Notes: generated from the sequence alone by a model not told the origin. Counted from the stretch's first letter, positions 1 through 10,425 are shown. The stretch is DNA of 64,000 nucleotides from Planctomycetota bacterium (GCA_965222115.1 CBDCTJ010000007.1:864001-928000); one strand, 5' to 3'. Made by a program: numbers and translations.

Positions 1-2
1 CC

Positions 3-1634
3 TGGCCAAGCAACGTCTTGGCTCTATTGAGGCGCGCGCTCGATGACTACGTTGCGCAATTCCCACAGACGCGTAACGTCGTTTCAGAGGCTCGATCTCA
101 AGTACGTTCCGACTGCTTGAGAGCTGCCGAGAAGGCTCCTGGACTGTTTTCTCTCACTGTGCCGACCGGTGGAGGCAAAACGCTTGCATCACTCGCGTTT
201 GCCCTCGCCCACGCGCGTAAGCACGGGCTCGATCGAGTCATATACGTTGTCCCTTTTACTTCGATCATCGAACAGACCGCCGCAGAATTTCGCCGTGTGT
301 TTGCAGGCTGTTCCGAATGGGCTGAGTCTCCCATAATCGAGCATCATAGCAGTTTTGACTCCGGTGAAGAAACGACCTGGAGCAGGCTGGCCACGGAGAA
401 CTGGGACGCGCCAATCGTAGTGACGACATCGGTTCAATTTTATGAGTCCCTGTTCTCGGCAAAGACATCGCGTTGTCGCAAGTTGCACAACATTGCGCGT
501 TCCGTAGTGATCCTCGATGAGGTGCAGACGCTACCCGTAGAGTTGCTCGCACCATGTCTCCACTTGCTGCACAGTCTGGCGACATCTTACGGCACGACCG
601 TGGTTCTATGTACTGCAACGCAGCCTGCGGTCCAGGAGAGAGAGAACTTCCCCATAGGTCTTCGCGACGTTCGCGAAATCTCGTCAGATCCGCGCGGGTT
701 GTTTGAGGCTCTCGTTCGCGTGCGCGTCGAGCAAGTCGGCTCTCTGGATGATAATGCTCTGGCAACTCAGCTTGAGAGCGAACCTCAGGTGCTCTGCATC
801 GTGAACACGAGGGATCACGCCAGAGAGCTGTACAAGTGCTTGGGGGAGGCAGGAGAACACCGGCACCTCAGTGCACTGATGTGCCCGGCACATCGTCGCG
901 CCGAACTCGTACACATTCGACAGCGCTTAAGGGAGGGGCGTGCCTGTAGGCTAGTTTCAACTCAACTTATTGAAGCTGGTGTGGACATCGACTTCCCCTG
1001 CGTGTTTCGTGCCGTAGCGGGATTGGACTCGATCGCTCAGGCGGCCGGACGCTGCAATCGTGAGGGGCGTCTCAATGAACTTGGGCGAGTGTATGTATTT
1101 CGGCCTGATGGCCGACCTCAGCCGCGATTCCTCAGCAACGCAGTCGGGTGCGCAGCACAGGTCTTGGTGGAAGGCGCTGACCCACTTGGCCTCGCTGAGA
1201 TCGAGTCCTTCTTCGAACTCTACTATTGGCGACGCGAGGATCAGTGGGACGCAAGGAACATCGCAGATGACTTTGCCTTCGATCGAAATCCACGAGTTGT
1301 CATGCCCTTTCTGTTCTCATTTCGTGCGGCATCAGAAAAATTCAAGCTGATCGAGAGCACGCAGAAACCTGTTATCATACCTTGGGGCCTTGAGGGCGAG
1401 CGTTTCGTGGATCAACTCCGCCGCGACGGCGATATGCCAAATCGGAGGCTGTTGCGAGACGCGCAGCAGTTTACGGTCCAGGTGCATGAGGCAGCGTGGA
1501 GCCGCGCGCAATCCCGCGGGGTGATCGAGTTGCTCCATGACCGCTACGCCGTGCTGCTCAATTGCGACACCTACTACGACGAAAAGCTCGGGCTTGATCT
1601 TGACGGTTTCGAAGTCAATACCCTTGAGATCTAG
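3..1634 (+). CDS. cas3: CRISPR-associated helicase Cas3 (5'-partial; HD domain lies upstream of the window)
   Basis: Frame is open from position 3. SF2 motifs PTGGGKT, DEVQ, TAT, STQLIEAGVD, QAAGRCNR; first gene of a cas operon. Confidence 0.95.
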   Translation, partial: WPSNVLALLRRALDDYVAQFPQTRNVVSEARSQVRSDCLRAAEKAPGLFSLTVPTGGGKTLASLAFALAHARKHGLDRVIYVVPFTSIIEQTAAEFRRVFAGCSEWAESPIIEHHSSFDSGEETTWSRLATENWDAPIVVTTSVQFYESLFSAKTSRCRKLHNIARSVVILDEVQTLPVELLAPCLHLLHSLATSYGTTVVLCTATQPAVQERENFPIGLRDVREISSDPRGLFEALVRVRVEQVGSLDDNALATQLESEPQVLCIVNTRDHARELYKCLGEAGEHRHLSALMCPAHRRAELVHIRQRLREGRACRLVSTQLIEAGVDIDFPCVFRAVAGLDSIAQAAGRCNREGRLNELGRVYVFRPDGRPQPRFLSNAVGCAAQVLVEGADPLGLAEIESFFELYYWRREDQWDARNIADDFAFDRNPRVVMPFLFSFRAASEKFKLIESTQKPVIIPWGLEGERFVDQLRRDGDMPNRRLLRDAQQFTVQVHEAAWSRAQSRGVIELLHDRYAVLLNCDTYYDEKLGLDLDGFEVNTLEI

Positions 1635-1643
1635 GAGACGTTT

Positions 1644-2375
1644 ATGACTCAGACTGTTCGCCTAATCGTATGGGGAGACTATGCTTCATTCAATCGTCCG
1701 GAGATGAAGGTGGAGCGCGTGTCCTATGAAGTCATGACACCAAGCGCGGCCCGCGGCGTCCTCGACGCAGTCTATTGGAAGCCGCAGATGTATTGGCATG
1801 TGGATAAGATTCATGTACTGCGGCCTATTCGGGTGACGCATGTTCGGCGGAATGAGATTTCAGCTACGATTCCGGTGGGAGGCGCTGCGGGAGTGCGGGC
1901 CGCAGTGCGTGGCAAAGTCAAGCGCATGGGAATTACGGTAAGTGACCATCGACAGCAACGCGCAGGGCTCATCTTGAAAGACGTTGCCTATGGCATCGAA
2001 GCGCGCCCCATCGTACTCGATGCAACCGCTCCAGATGGTGCAGTACTCGCGAACGCTGCTCGAAAGCACGCTGCTGTCTTTGAGCGGCGCGCTTCCAGGG
2101 GGCAGTGCTTTCATAGGCCCTACCTTGGAACTCGCGAGTTTCCCGCACATTTCAAGTTGGCATCGGAATTCCCCGATCCGCCTGAAGAGTTGCGGGGAAC
2201 TCGAGTGCTTGGTCGCATGTTGCATGACCTCGAATACACGGAGGATCCGAAGGGTCCCATCATCGAGTCAAGCCGCGGCTGTCGCTTGCGTGCCACGCCG
2301 CGCTTTTTTGATGCAACGCTTCACGATGGCGTACTCACGATTCCACGCGCCACTTGGCGTGGAGTGACTCCATGA
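1644..2375 (+). CDS. cas5: Type I-C Cas5 (Cas5d/Cas5c)
   Basis: WGDYASFNRPEMKVERVSY..TPSAARG and PYLGTREFPAHF motifs; AGGAGA RBS. Confidence 0.95.
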   Translation: MTQTVRLIVWGDYASFNRPEMKVERVSYEVMTPSAARGVLDAVYWKPQMYWHVDKIHVLRPIRVTHVRRNEISATIPVGGAAGVRAAVRGKVKRMGITVSDHRQQRAGLILKDVAYGIEARPIVLDATAPDGAVLANAARKHAAVFERRASRGQCFHRPYLGTREFPAHFKLASEFPDPPEELRGTRVLGRMLHDLEYTEDPKGPIIESSRGCRLRATPRFFDATLHDGVLTIPRATWRGVTP

Positions 2376-4147
2376 TTCTCAATGCGCTGCACGACCTGTT
2401 CAACCGCCTAGAGTCCGACGAGGCATACGGTATTCCGGCGCGAGGTTGGAGTATTCAGAAGGTCGGATTCAGCGTTGTCTTGAACCGAGATGGGAGTCTA
2501 TTTGATATTCAGCTCATCGGAAGCATGGAGCGTAACCGCCTGCGCCCTAGACCAATGGCCGTGCCTGGAGTTGCGAAGCCGTCAGGCTCCGGCATTAATC
2601 CTTGCTTCTTGTGGGACAACTCAGCGTACATGCTCGGATGGAAGCGCGATGACAAGAGGCCTGAGCGAACTCAGGAGTGTTTCTCGGCGTTTCGGGAGCG
2701 CCATCGCGCGATACGCAATGAGATAGGAAGCGATAGTTTCGCAACTGTGTGCCAATTTCTATCAGCATGGAATCCTGCGAGTGCGGTAGACCATGAGGCA
2801 CTTTCCGTGGCGAGTTCGGCGTTTGGCGTCTTCCAGATTCGCGGCGAACGCGCTTTCGTTCACGAAGATCCTCAGGTTCGAGCCTGGTGGGATCAACAGG
2901 TGACTTCGATGTGCGACGAGGGAGAGACTTTTGAGTGCTTACTAACGGGCGTTCAGGCTCCCGTAGCGAAGACCCATCCGAAGATTAAGGGCGTGGTTGG
3001 CGCCCAATCTTCTGGTGCCGTCATCGTAGGTTTTAATTCCTATGCATACGAGTCGTATGGATTCGTTCAGGGAGAAAACGCACCCGTCTCGCGAGAGGCA
3101 GCGCGCCGCTACACTGCCGCACTAAATGCGCTACTGGATGGACCATGTCGCGCGAAGCATTGCATCCGACTTGCGGACTCGACCATCGTCTTCTGGACGG
3201 ACCGTCCTACGCTGGTCGAAGATGCCTTTGCCGCATTTGCGGGCGCGTCATCCACCAAGTCAGAGGACAGTGCTCAGGACGAGGGAGTTCGTCGTCGCCT
3301 TGAAGCGTTTCTTGTCGCCTTGCGAGAAGGGCGTAGCGAATACAAGACACTGGGCGCAGACCCAGAGGAGACGCAGTTTCATCTCTTGGCACTCTCTCCA
3401 AGTGCGGCGCGCATATCGGTTCGTTTCTACCTTCGAAGCTCGCTCGCTTCAATGCTGGAGAATCTGCGCAAGCACTACTTGGATGTTCGATTAGTTCGCA
3501 ACGACGAACGAGCAAGGCGTGTTCCCGAGCATATTCCAATTTGGCTCTATCTGGCACAATGCGCCCGCGAGAGTAAGGATGTTCCGCCCATACTAGAGGG
3601 GGCCTTTCTCCGCTCAGTACTTACTGGTTGCGCCTATCCAACGGCGGTCTACTTGGCGGTACTTCGACGCATTCGGGCAGATCGAAAGATTGACCTAGTG
3701 CGCGCATCGCTCATCAAGGGCGTGCTCGTGCGCAACTACGGACGGGAGGATATCATGGTACTGGACGTCAGTAGGGTGGAGCCAGCGTACCTGTTAGGGC
3801 GACTCTTCTCTGCATTGGAAAAGACGCAGTTGGACGCCTTGGGAGATGTTAACGCATCCATCAGAGATCGATACTACGGCGCCGCGTCGACGACGCCGCG
3901 AAGCGTCTTTCCTCGCCTATTGCGCATCTACCAGCATCATCTCGGAAAGCTCAGCGGTGGACGGAGAGTGAATCGCGAAAGACTCGTGCAACAGATCGTC
4001 GCCGAGCTGAGTACGTTTCCGCCTCATCTTGATCTCGAAAATCAAGGTCTCTTTGCCCTGGGCTATTACCACCAGACAAGTTCCTTTTATACACCTCGCG
4101 ATAACACCGCGCACAATACAGACGCAGATGCAGGGAGAGCTTTATGA
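2372..4147 (+). CDS. cas8c: Type I-C large subunit Cas8c/Csd1
   Basis: MILNAL start with ATGA overlap on cas5; FLWDNSAY, FNSYAYESYG, YLLGRLF, QGLFALGYYHQ motifs. Confidence 0.93.
   Translation: MILNALHDLFNRLESDEAYGIPARGWSIQKVGFSVVLNRDGSLFDIQLIGSMERNRLRPRPMAVPGVAKPSGSGINPCFLWDNSAYMLGWKRDDKRPERTQECFSAFRERHRAIRNEIGSDSFATVCQFLSAWNPASAVDHEALSVASSAFGVFQIRGERAFVHEDPQVRAWWDQQVTSMCDEGETFECLLTGVQAPVAKTHPKIKGVVGAQSSGAVIVGFNSYAYESYGFVQGENAPVSREAARRYTAALNALLDGPCRAKHCIRLADSTIVFWTDRPTLVEDAFAAFAGASSTKSEDSAQDEGVRRRLEAFLVALREGRSEYKTLGADPEETQFHLLALSPSAARISVRFYLRSSLASMLENLRKHYLDVRLVRNDERARRVPEHIPIWLYLAQCARESKDVPPILEGAFLRSVLTGCAYPTAVYLAVLRRIRADRKIDLVRASLIKGVLVRNYGREDIMVLDVSRVEPAYLLGRLFSALEKTQLDALGDVNASIRDRYYGAASTTPRSVFPRLLRIYQHHLGKLSGGRRVNRERLVQQIVAELSTFPPHLDLENQGLFALGYYHQTSSFYTPRDNTAHNTDADAGRAL
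3755..4147 (+). CDS. cas11: Probable internally translated small subunit Cas11c (in frame within cas8c)
   Basis: GGGAGGA RBS then TATC-ATG at 3755, in frame, just before the YLLGRLF C-terminal domain. Internal Cas11 translation is established for type I-C. Confidence 0.7.
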   Translation: MVLDVSRVEPAYLLGRLFSALEKTQLDALGDVNASIRDRYYGAASTTPRSVFPRLLRIYQHHLGKLSGGRRVNRERLVQQIVAELSTFPPHLDLENQGLFALGYYHQTSSFYTPRDNTAHNTDADAGRAL

Positions 4148-5001
4148 ACCGGTACGACTTCGTCCTTGTCTTCGACGCCAAAGACGCCAATCCCAATGGT
4201 GATCCAGATGCAGGCAATTTGCCGCGGGTAGATCCCGAAACGGGGCATGGTCTCGTTACAGACGTCTGCCTTAAGCGAAAAATTCGCAACTACGTGGCGC
4301 TGACTCGCTCAGACTCTCAGGGACACGGGATCTATTTCAGCGACGGCGCCATTCTAAATAGGTTGCATGAGCAGGCATGGAAGCACATCGGCGAGAAGCC
4401 GTCCAAAGACTTACCAAAGGACGTTGAAAAGGCGCGCGCTTTGACCCAGTTCATGTGCGACAATTTCTATGACATTCGAACATTTGGCGCCGTGATGGGT
4501 ACAAGCGTTAATTGTGGTCAGGTGCGAGGTCCGGTTCAGATGTCGTTTGCCCGCTCGATCGAGCCGGTCGTTGCCAGCGAGCACGCGATCACTCGCAATT
4601 CGGTAACGAGTGAAAAGGAGGCAAAGAACAAGAGTCGCACCATGGGTCGCAAGTTCACCATTCCCTATGGACTCTATCGAGCGCACGGGTTCGTAAATCC
4701 GTTTCTAGCGGCGCAGACGGGATTTTCGGATGAAGATTTAGGACTTTTGTGGGAGTCCCTGGTCGGGGCGTTTCAGTTCGATCAGTCCGCCGCGCGACCA
4801 GCAGGCAGTATGGCTGTACGAAGGCTCGTCATTTTCGAGCACGCCTCGCAACTCGGAAGTGCGCCCTCACACGAACTACTCGATCGAGTCAAGATCGAGC
4901 GAAGGGCGGGCTGTGAGATCCCACGAAGTTTTGGCGATTTCGAGCTTGAAATTGACGACGCGAACTTGCCGGAGAGTGTCCGAGTACATCAGCTTCCGTA
5001 G
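4144..5001 (+). CDS. cas7: Type I-C Cas7/Csd2
   Basis: NPNGDPDAGNLPR, TDVCLKRKIRNY, DIRTFGAVM, TMGRK motifs. Confidence 0.96.
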   Translation: MNRYDFVLVFDAKDANPNGDPDAGNLPRVDPETGHGLVTDVCLKRKIRNYVALTRSDSQGHGIYFSDGAILNRLHEQAWKHIGEKPSKDLPKDVEKARALTQFMCDNFYDIRTFGAVMGTSVNCGQVRGPVQMSFARSIEPVVASEHAITRNSVTSEKEAKNKSRTMGRKFTIPYGLYRAHGFVNPFLAAQTGFSDEDLGLLWESLVGAFQFDQSAARPAGSMAVRRLVIFEHASQLGSAPSHELLDRVKIERRAGCEIPRSFGDFELEIDDANLPESVRVHQLP

Positions 5002-5014
5002 CGGAGCGCGAGAC

Positions 5015-5686
5015 GTGACGCCTGACGATTACCTTCCCCTTTCTGGCCTTCAACACCTACTGTTCTGCGAGCGACAGTGCGCACTTATTCATGTCGACCA
5101 GCTCTGGGCTGAAAACCAGCGGACGGAAGAGGGGAGGCTCCACCACCGCGTATCAGACGAGGCTGGATCTGAGGTGCGCCCCGGGCGGGTACAAGTGTGG
5201 GGACTTCGGGTTCAGTCATCAACGCTTGCACTCGCGGGTATTGCAGATCTAGTCGAGTATCAGAGAATTGACGGAATCTGCTCAGTTCGTGCCGTGGAGC
5301 TTCCTGGACGATCGGGGCGATGGACTCCCCTGCCTGTCGAACACAAGCGGGGCCGACCAAAGAAGGGACCCCATGATCGCGTTCAACTCTGTGCTCAGGC
5401 TATTTGCCTCGAAGAGATGCACGGCGTCACGATCGATATGGGCGCACTCTCATATCGGGCGACCAAACGGCGGATTCATGTGAATCTTGATGATGGGCTA
5501 AGAGAGCTGACACGCGATGCGGCGAAGAGATTTCACGAATTAGTCGCTTCCGGGGAGATACCACATCCGTCTTTCGGCCCTCATTGCAATGCCTGTTCCT
5601 TGGTAGACGAGTGTTTGCCAACTCTTGCTCGCGGAGCATCCATTCGCACATGGCTCGAGTCCGTACTTCGGGACGAACAACGATGA
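5015..5686 (+). CDS. cas4: Cas4 nuclease
   Basis: GTG start after GGAG; LQHLLFCERQCAL, GIADLVE, PVEHKRG, QLCAQ, C-terminal CxxCSLxxxC. Confidence 0.93.
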   Translation: MTPDDYLPLSGLQHLLFCERQCALIHVDQLWAENQRTEEGRLHHRVSDEAGSEVRPGRVQVWGLRVQSSTLALAGIADLVEYQRIDGICSVRAVELPGRSGRWTPLPVEHKRGRPKKGPHDRVQLCAQAICLEEMHGVTIDMGALSYRATKRRIHVNLDDGLRELTRDAAKRFHELVASGEIPHPSFGPHCNACSLVDECLPTLARGASIRTWLESVLRDEQR

Positions 5687-6717
5687 GACGTTTGGGCAAC
5701 ACGTTGTACGTTACGAGCCATGGATCGCGTTTGTTCGCCGAGGGTGAGGCCGTGGTGGTGCGACTCGAAGGCAAGGTGCGTGCGCGTATACCAATGCACA
5801 ACCTGGAAGGCATCGTCACCTTTGGGACCCCCTCCATAAGCAGCGAGCTGGCATGCAGGTGCGCAGAGCGTCGGATTGCATTATCGCTCTTGAGCTATAG
5901 CGGTCGATTTCGCGCGCGGATTTCGGGGGCAACAACTGGCAATGTGCTCTTGCGAAGAGCTCAGTATCGAGTGGCAGATGATATTAATAAGGCCGCAGAC
6001 ATATCTCGTTCGATTGTGATTGGAAAAATTGTAAATCAGAGGACAATTCTACGCCGCGCGCAACGGGAGAAAAAACCATCTGACTCAGGTTCGAAGGGGC
6101 TTGCAGAGGCAGCCGAGCGACTTGGGGCATTGCTAGACAAGCTCCGTAGTTTAGTGTCGACGAACGTGATTCGCGGGATAGAGGGCGAAGCGGCCAGAAC
6201 TTACTTTGGTGCATTTAACGATATGCTGCGCGTTAATGACAACGAGTTTAAGTTCACGGGCCGCTCTCGCCGCCCACCTCGAGATCGAATCAATGCGCTG
6301 TTGTCCTTTCTGTACACGTTACTGCGACTCGACATGCAGTCTGCGCTTGAGACCGAGGGTCTGGATCCTGCTGTTGGGTTCCTTCATGTAGATCGGCCAG
6401 GTCGGCCGTCCCTCGCGCTCGATATTTTGGAGGAGCTTCGTGCTCCGATGGCTGATCGACTCGCATTGACTCTAGTGAACAGGCGTCAGTTGACACCACA
6501 GTCCTTTGATGTCAGGGAGTCTGGTGCTGTTCGATTGACGCCTAAAGCACGTTCGGTCGTGCTGACCGCAGTTCAAGATCGAAAGCGTCGAGAAATCCAA
6601 CATCCCATTTTGGGAGAAGAGGTTGCAATTGGGCTTATCCCTCACGTCCAGTCACGACTCTTGGCTCGGCACTTACGAGGAGATCTCGATGCCTATCCAC
6701 CTATGGTTTGGAGGTAA
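5683..6717 (+). CDS. cas1: Cas1 (I-C type)
   Basis: NTLYVT, GNVLLRRAQY, RGIEGEAA, RPPRDRINALLSFLY, GFLH..RPGRPSLALD; ATGA overlap with cas4. Confidence 0.96.
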   Translation: MRRLGNTLYVTSHGSRLFAEGEAVVVRLEGKVRARIPMHNLEGIVTFGTPSISSELACRCAERRIALSLLSYSGRFRARISGATTGNVLLRRAQYRVADDINKAADISRSIVIGKIVNQRTILRRAQREKKPSDSGSKGLAEAAERLGALLDKLRSLVSTNVIRGIEGEAARTYFGAFNDMLRVNDNEFKFTGRSRRPPRDRINALLSFLYTLLRLDMQSALETEGLDPAVGFLHVDRPGRPSLALDILEELRAPMADRLALTLVNRRQLTPQSFDVRESGAVRLTPKARSVVLTAVQDRKRREIQHPILGEEVAIGLIPHVQSRLLARHLRGDLDAYPPMVWR

Positions 6718-6722
6718 ACCAA

Positions 6723-7013
6723 TTGCTTGTGGTTGTGAGTTACGATGTCGCTACCGCAGATGCTGCGGGGCGAAAGCGTTTGAGGATGGTCGCAGCGAAA
6801 TGCCGCGATTTTGGTCAACGCGTGCAGAATTCTGTCTTTGAGTGCGAAGTCGATCCCGGTCAGTGGGCTCGATTACGAGGCCAGCTCATTTCATTAATCG
6901 ACCCAGGAGAGGATCGGCTTCGGTTCTATCTCCTTGGGCGGAATTGGCGCAACCGCATCGAATCCCACGGGATGCGTATAGATCTCGACATCGATGGGCC
7001 ACTCGTACTGTAG
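6723..7013 (+). CDS. cas2: Cas2
   Basis: TTG start after GGAGGT; VSYDV, GQRVQNSVFEC, LRFY.LG motifs. Confidence 0.95.
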   Translation: MLVVVSYDVATADAAGRKRLRMVAAKCRDFGQRVQNSVFECEVDPGQWARLRGQLISLIDPGEDRLRFYLLGRNWRNRIESHGMRIDLDIDGPLVL

Positions 7014-7190
7014 CGCGAACCTGCAAAACACGCGGATAGCCAGGGGGTTTCCCGAATGACATAAGGTCTTTGAGACGCGGGACTTGTGAGGCATGACGTC
7101 AGAGGAACCGGGGCTCTCTTGCATTCCTATCGCCTTCCTCGCGAATCCCTGAATCTAACCTGCGGCGCTATCGATAGTTACAATAGCGGG
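7014..7190 (+). promoter_or_regulatory. CRISPR leader
   Basis: Non-coding stretch between cas2 and the first perfect repeat; degenerate repeats are at the opposite end of the array. Confidence 0.75.
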
Positions 7191-9365
7191 ATCGCTCCCT
7201 ATGCGGGAGCGCGGATTGAAACACCGAGTGGCGTACGTGGTCGCCGACAAGCGGTGATCGCTCCCTATGCGGGAGCGCGGATTGAAACAAGAACGTGCAG
7301 CCACATGATGCGATGCTGCGGGATCGCTCCCTATGCGGGAGCGCGGATTGAAACAGATGGCGCCGTGCGGCAGTCGTACGCGGGCGTAATCGCTCCCTAT
7401 GCGGGAGCGCGGATTGAAACTCCCTCGACGTTGACGCCTTCTGGGGCCAGTCGCCGATCGCTCCCTATGCGGGAGCGCGGATTGAAACATGTTCCGAGGC
7501 GTTATGGCCTTACGACCCGAGCATCGCTCCCTATGCGGGAGCGCGGATTGAAACACGACGACTCGCCGGACAAGTACACGGCCGCAGAATCGCTCCCTAT
7601 GCGGGAGCGCGGATTGAAACACTGCTAGGTTGTCGCTGTCGTCTCTACTGCCCAATCGCTCCCTATGCGGGAGCGCGGATTGAAACATCCCGCCAACGGA
7701 ATCAACCGCGCGTTGGGGATGATCGCTCCCTATGCGGGAGCGCGGATTGAAACAGGTTGAGCACCACGGCGGCAAGGGCGTTTGCTCATCGCTCCCTATG
7801 CGGGAGCGCGGATTGAAACACGTGAAACCAAACTATTCTTTGTGTCAGTCGAGATCGCTCCCTATGCGGGAGCGCGGATTGAAACCATCTAACGCGCCCC
7901 TAGAAATCACGTTCTTGGGATCGCTCCCTATGCGGGAGCGCGGATTGAAACAGCATCGTCACAATGTGCTTGAGCTTGACGATCGATCGCTCCCTATGCG
8001 GGAGCGCGGATTGAAACTTGGCACCGACGCGGGAACCACGCCCAGCAACATCATCGCTCCCTATGCGGGAGCGCGGATTGAAACGGTATTTCTTGTCTTG
8101 ATTTGCCGATAGTAGCGTAATCGCTCCCTATGCGGGAGCGCGGATTGAAACATCGTCGTCTTTCCGCCATACGTTGACGGCAGCGAATCGCTCCCTATGC
8201 GGGAGCGCGGATTGAAACCACGTAGTCGTATGTGCCGCCATACGGGCGCAGATGATCGCTCCCTATGCGGGAGCGCGGATTGAAACAGCAAGTCGGTCTG
8301 TGGGTTGGCATAGATCACGTCATCGCTCCCTATGCGGGAGCGCGGATTGAAACACGGCGCCTGGGTGGCACGGAATCGCCATGGGCTCATCGCTCCCTAT
8401 GCGGGAGCGCGGATTGAAACGGGTACCTCTTGTGACCCGCCACCATGGCGGAAAGATCGCTCCCTATGCGGGAGCGCGGATTGAAACACTTTCCACCGTT
8501 GAACGACAGACCGGCGACACCACGATCGCTCCCTATGCGGGAGCGCGGATTGAAACACCGTGTGCACCAGCGCGGCGCCGTTAGACACGGGCGATCGCTC
8601 CCTATGCGGGAGCGCGGATTGAAACGGCTGAACCGAGGGCTTTGAGGAACTCGTCCACGATCGCTCCCTATGCGGGAGCGCGGATTGAAACCAATACAAG
8701 ATGAGCGACGGGCTCCTCGTCTACGATCGCTCCCTATGCGGGAGCGCGGATTGAAACACTTCGCGATCACTCATTGTGGCTCCTACAAACTAATCGCTCC
8801 CTATGCGGGAGCGCGGATTGAAACCACGCGTCGCGGTCGAAGTAGCGTTGTGCAGTATCATCGCTCCCTATGCGGGAGCGCGGATTGAAACAACACAATC
8901 GGATAAAGACAAACCACAACAGCGTGATTATCGCTCCCTATGCGGGAGCGCGGATTGAAACCCACTGAACCGAGCCGCCTCCCTCGCGCTGCTCGTATCG
9001 CTCCCTATGCGGGAGCGCGGATTGAAACAAGATGCCCGATCTCTATAGACAGGCCGGCCACCTATCGCTCCCTATGCGGGAGCGCGGATTGAAACACGGA
9101 TGCGGATGAGCTTCTTGATGAGATTTACGAGATCGCTCCCTATGCGGGAGCGCGGATTGAAACTCCCAGTCCGTGGCGTGGCCCTCGATCATCACCAATC
9201 GCTCCCTATGCGGGAGCGCGAATTGAAACGCTGCACGCTGGGCACCAGCATGTATAGTCGGCAATTCGCTCCCCATGGGGGAACGCGGATTGAAACTCGA
9301 CTGCGCATAAGACCAGATGGCCCGCTAGTCCTTACTGCTCCCCGTGCGGGAGCGCGGATGAGCTG
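7191..9365 (+). CRISPR. Type I-C CRISPR array, 33 repeats / 32 spacers
   Basis: 32-bp repeat ATCGCTCCCTATGCGGGAGCGCGGATTGAAAC with GCTCCC/GGGAGC hairpin and ATTGAAAC end. 30 perfect copies from 7191, a 1-mismatch copy at 9198, degenerate copies at 9265 and 9334. Spacers 34-38 bp. Confidence 0.98.
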
Positions 9366-9540
9366 CTTCATCTAAGAGTGAAACAGCCTAAATGGGATCG
9401 GAGTTTACACGGTATGAGCATCGTGACTTTGTCTGCATTCCGCGCTGTAACAAGCGCGGCCTCATTACTCCGGGACCTAAGTGCCGCGGGACCCATGCGT
9501 TCCTCACGCAGACGGCTTTTCGTCATGAGAGACTGTAGTC

Positions 9541-10425
9541 ATGAGCGATTTAGAGGACACGCAAGCACTCACACGTCGAGACGTTTTGGTCGCGGGTGCT
9601 GCGTCAGCGGCGGCACTTGCGGTGGGCGCGAAGACTGCGTATGCCGCACCGAAGGCAAAGCGGCCTAGTCGAACGCCTGCAGCCTATGTTAGCCATGGTT
9701 CGCCAATGTTGGCGGTTCACAAGCAGCGCGGCGCGGAGTTTACACGTTGGACCCAGTCTTTTGGTAAGCCCGTGGCTGTCTTGATGGTGTCGGCACATTT
9801 CGAACGCGCGCCGATCACCCTAGGCGCCACGACACGCACACCGCTTGTGTATGACTTTTACGGCTTTCCCAAGTCGCTCTACCAAGTGAAGTATCCCTCA
9901 CCGGGTGCACCGAAGCTCGCTCGGCGTGTCAGGCAGTTACTAAAACCAAAGCACGAAGTTCGTCTTGACCCCAAGCGCGGTCATGATCACGGTGCGTGGG
10001 TGCCCATGAAGTGGATGTATCCCAAGGCCGATGTGCCACTGCTCTCGCTGTCACTTGTCGCGCACAATCCTGAGACGCTCTTTCGCATTGGCCGCGCCCT
10101 GCGCCCGCTTCGTGATGAGGGCGTCATGATTGTTGGCAGTGGCGCGCTTACGCACAATCTTCGAAATCGCGCAGGCTTTCAAAAGACCTTATCGTGGGCG
10201 AGCGACTTTGACGCGTGGGCCACGCGCGTCCTGTCATCAGGCAACAAAGACGCGCTACTGGATTGGAAGAAGAAGGCGCCGGCGCCGAAGACCAACCATC
10301 CGACCGCTGAACATTTCGTCCCCCTCATCCTCGCCGCAGGCGCCCGCCACGACACCGACAAAGCCACCTATCCCATCACGGGCTTTGACGCCAGCATGTC
10401 GCGGCGGTGTGTGATGTTTGCTTGA
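9541..10425 (+). CDS. DODA/YgiD-type (LigB family) extradiol dioxygenase with Tat-like signal
   Basis: SHGSPM, SAH, YDFYGFP..LY..YP.PG, RGHDHGAWVP, GSG..THNL, HPT.EHF.PL motifs; N-terminal TRRDVL plus hydrophobic stretch and AYA. Confidence 0.88.
   Translation: MSDLEDTQALTRRDVLVAGAASAAALAVGAKTAYAAPKAKRPSRTPAAYVSHGSPMLAVHKQRGAEFTRWTQSFGKPVAVLMVSAHFERAPITLGATTRTPLVYDFYGFPKSLYQVKYPSPGAPKLARRVRQLLKPKHEVRLDPKRGHDHGAWVPMKWMYPKADVPLLSLSLVAHNPETLFRIGRALRPLRDEGVMIVGSGALTHNLRNRAGFQKTLSWASDFDAWATRVLSSGNKDALLDWKKKAPAPKTNHPTAEHFVPLILAAGARHDTDKATYPITGFDASMSRRCVMFA

Noticed and set aside
8152-8254. Adjacent spacers 15 and 16 share CCGCCATACG
   Set aside because: A 10-nt match in GC-rich sequence with unrelated flanks; probably chance.
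7223-9333. Self-targeting of the window (RHS island, IS66, intron) by spacers
   Set aside because: No match noticed by eye; an exhaustive alignment could not be run, so this is not excluded.
7086-9375. Many ORFs with repeated SLPMRERGLK / FNPRSRIGSD peptides
   Set aside because: They are translations of the CRISPR repeats.
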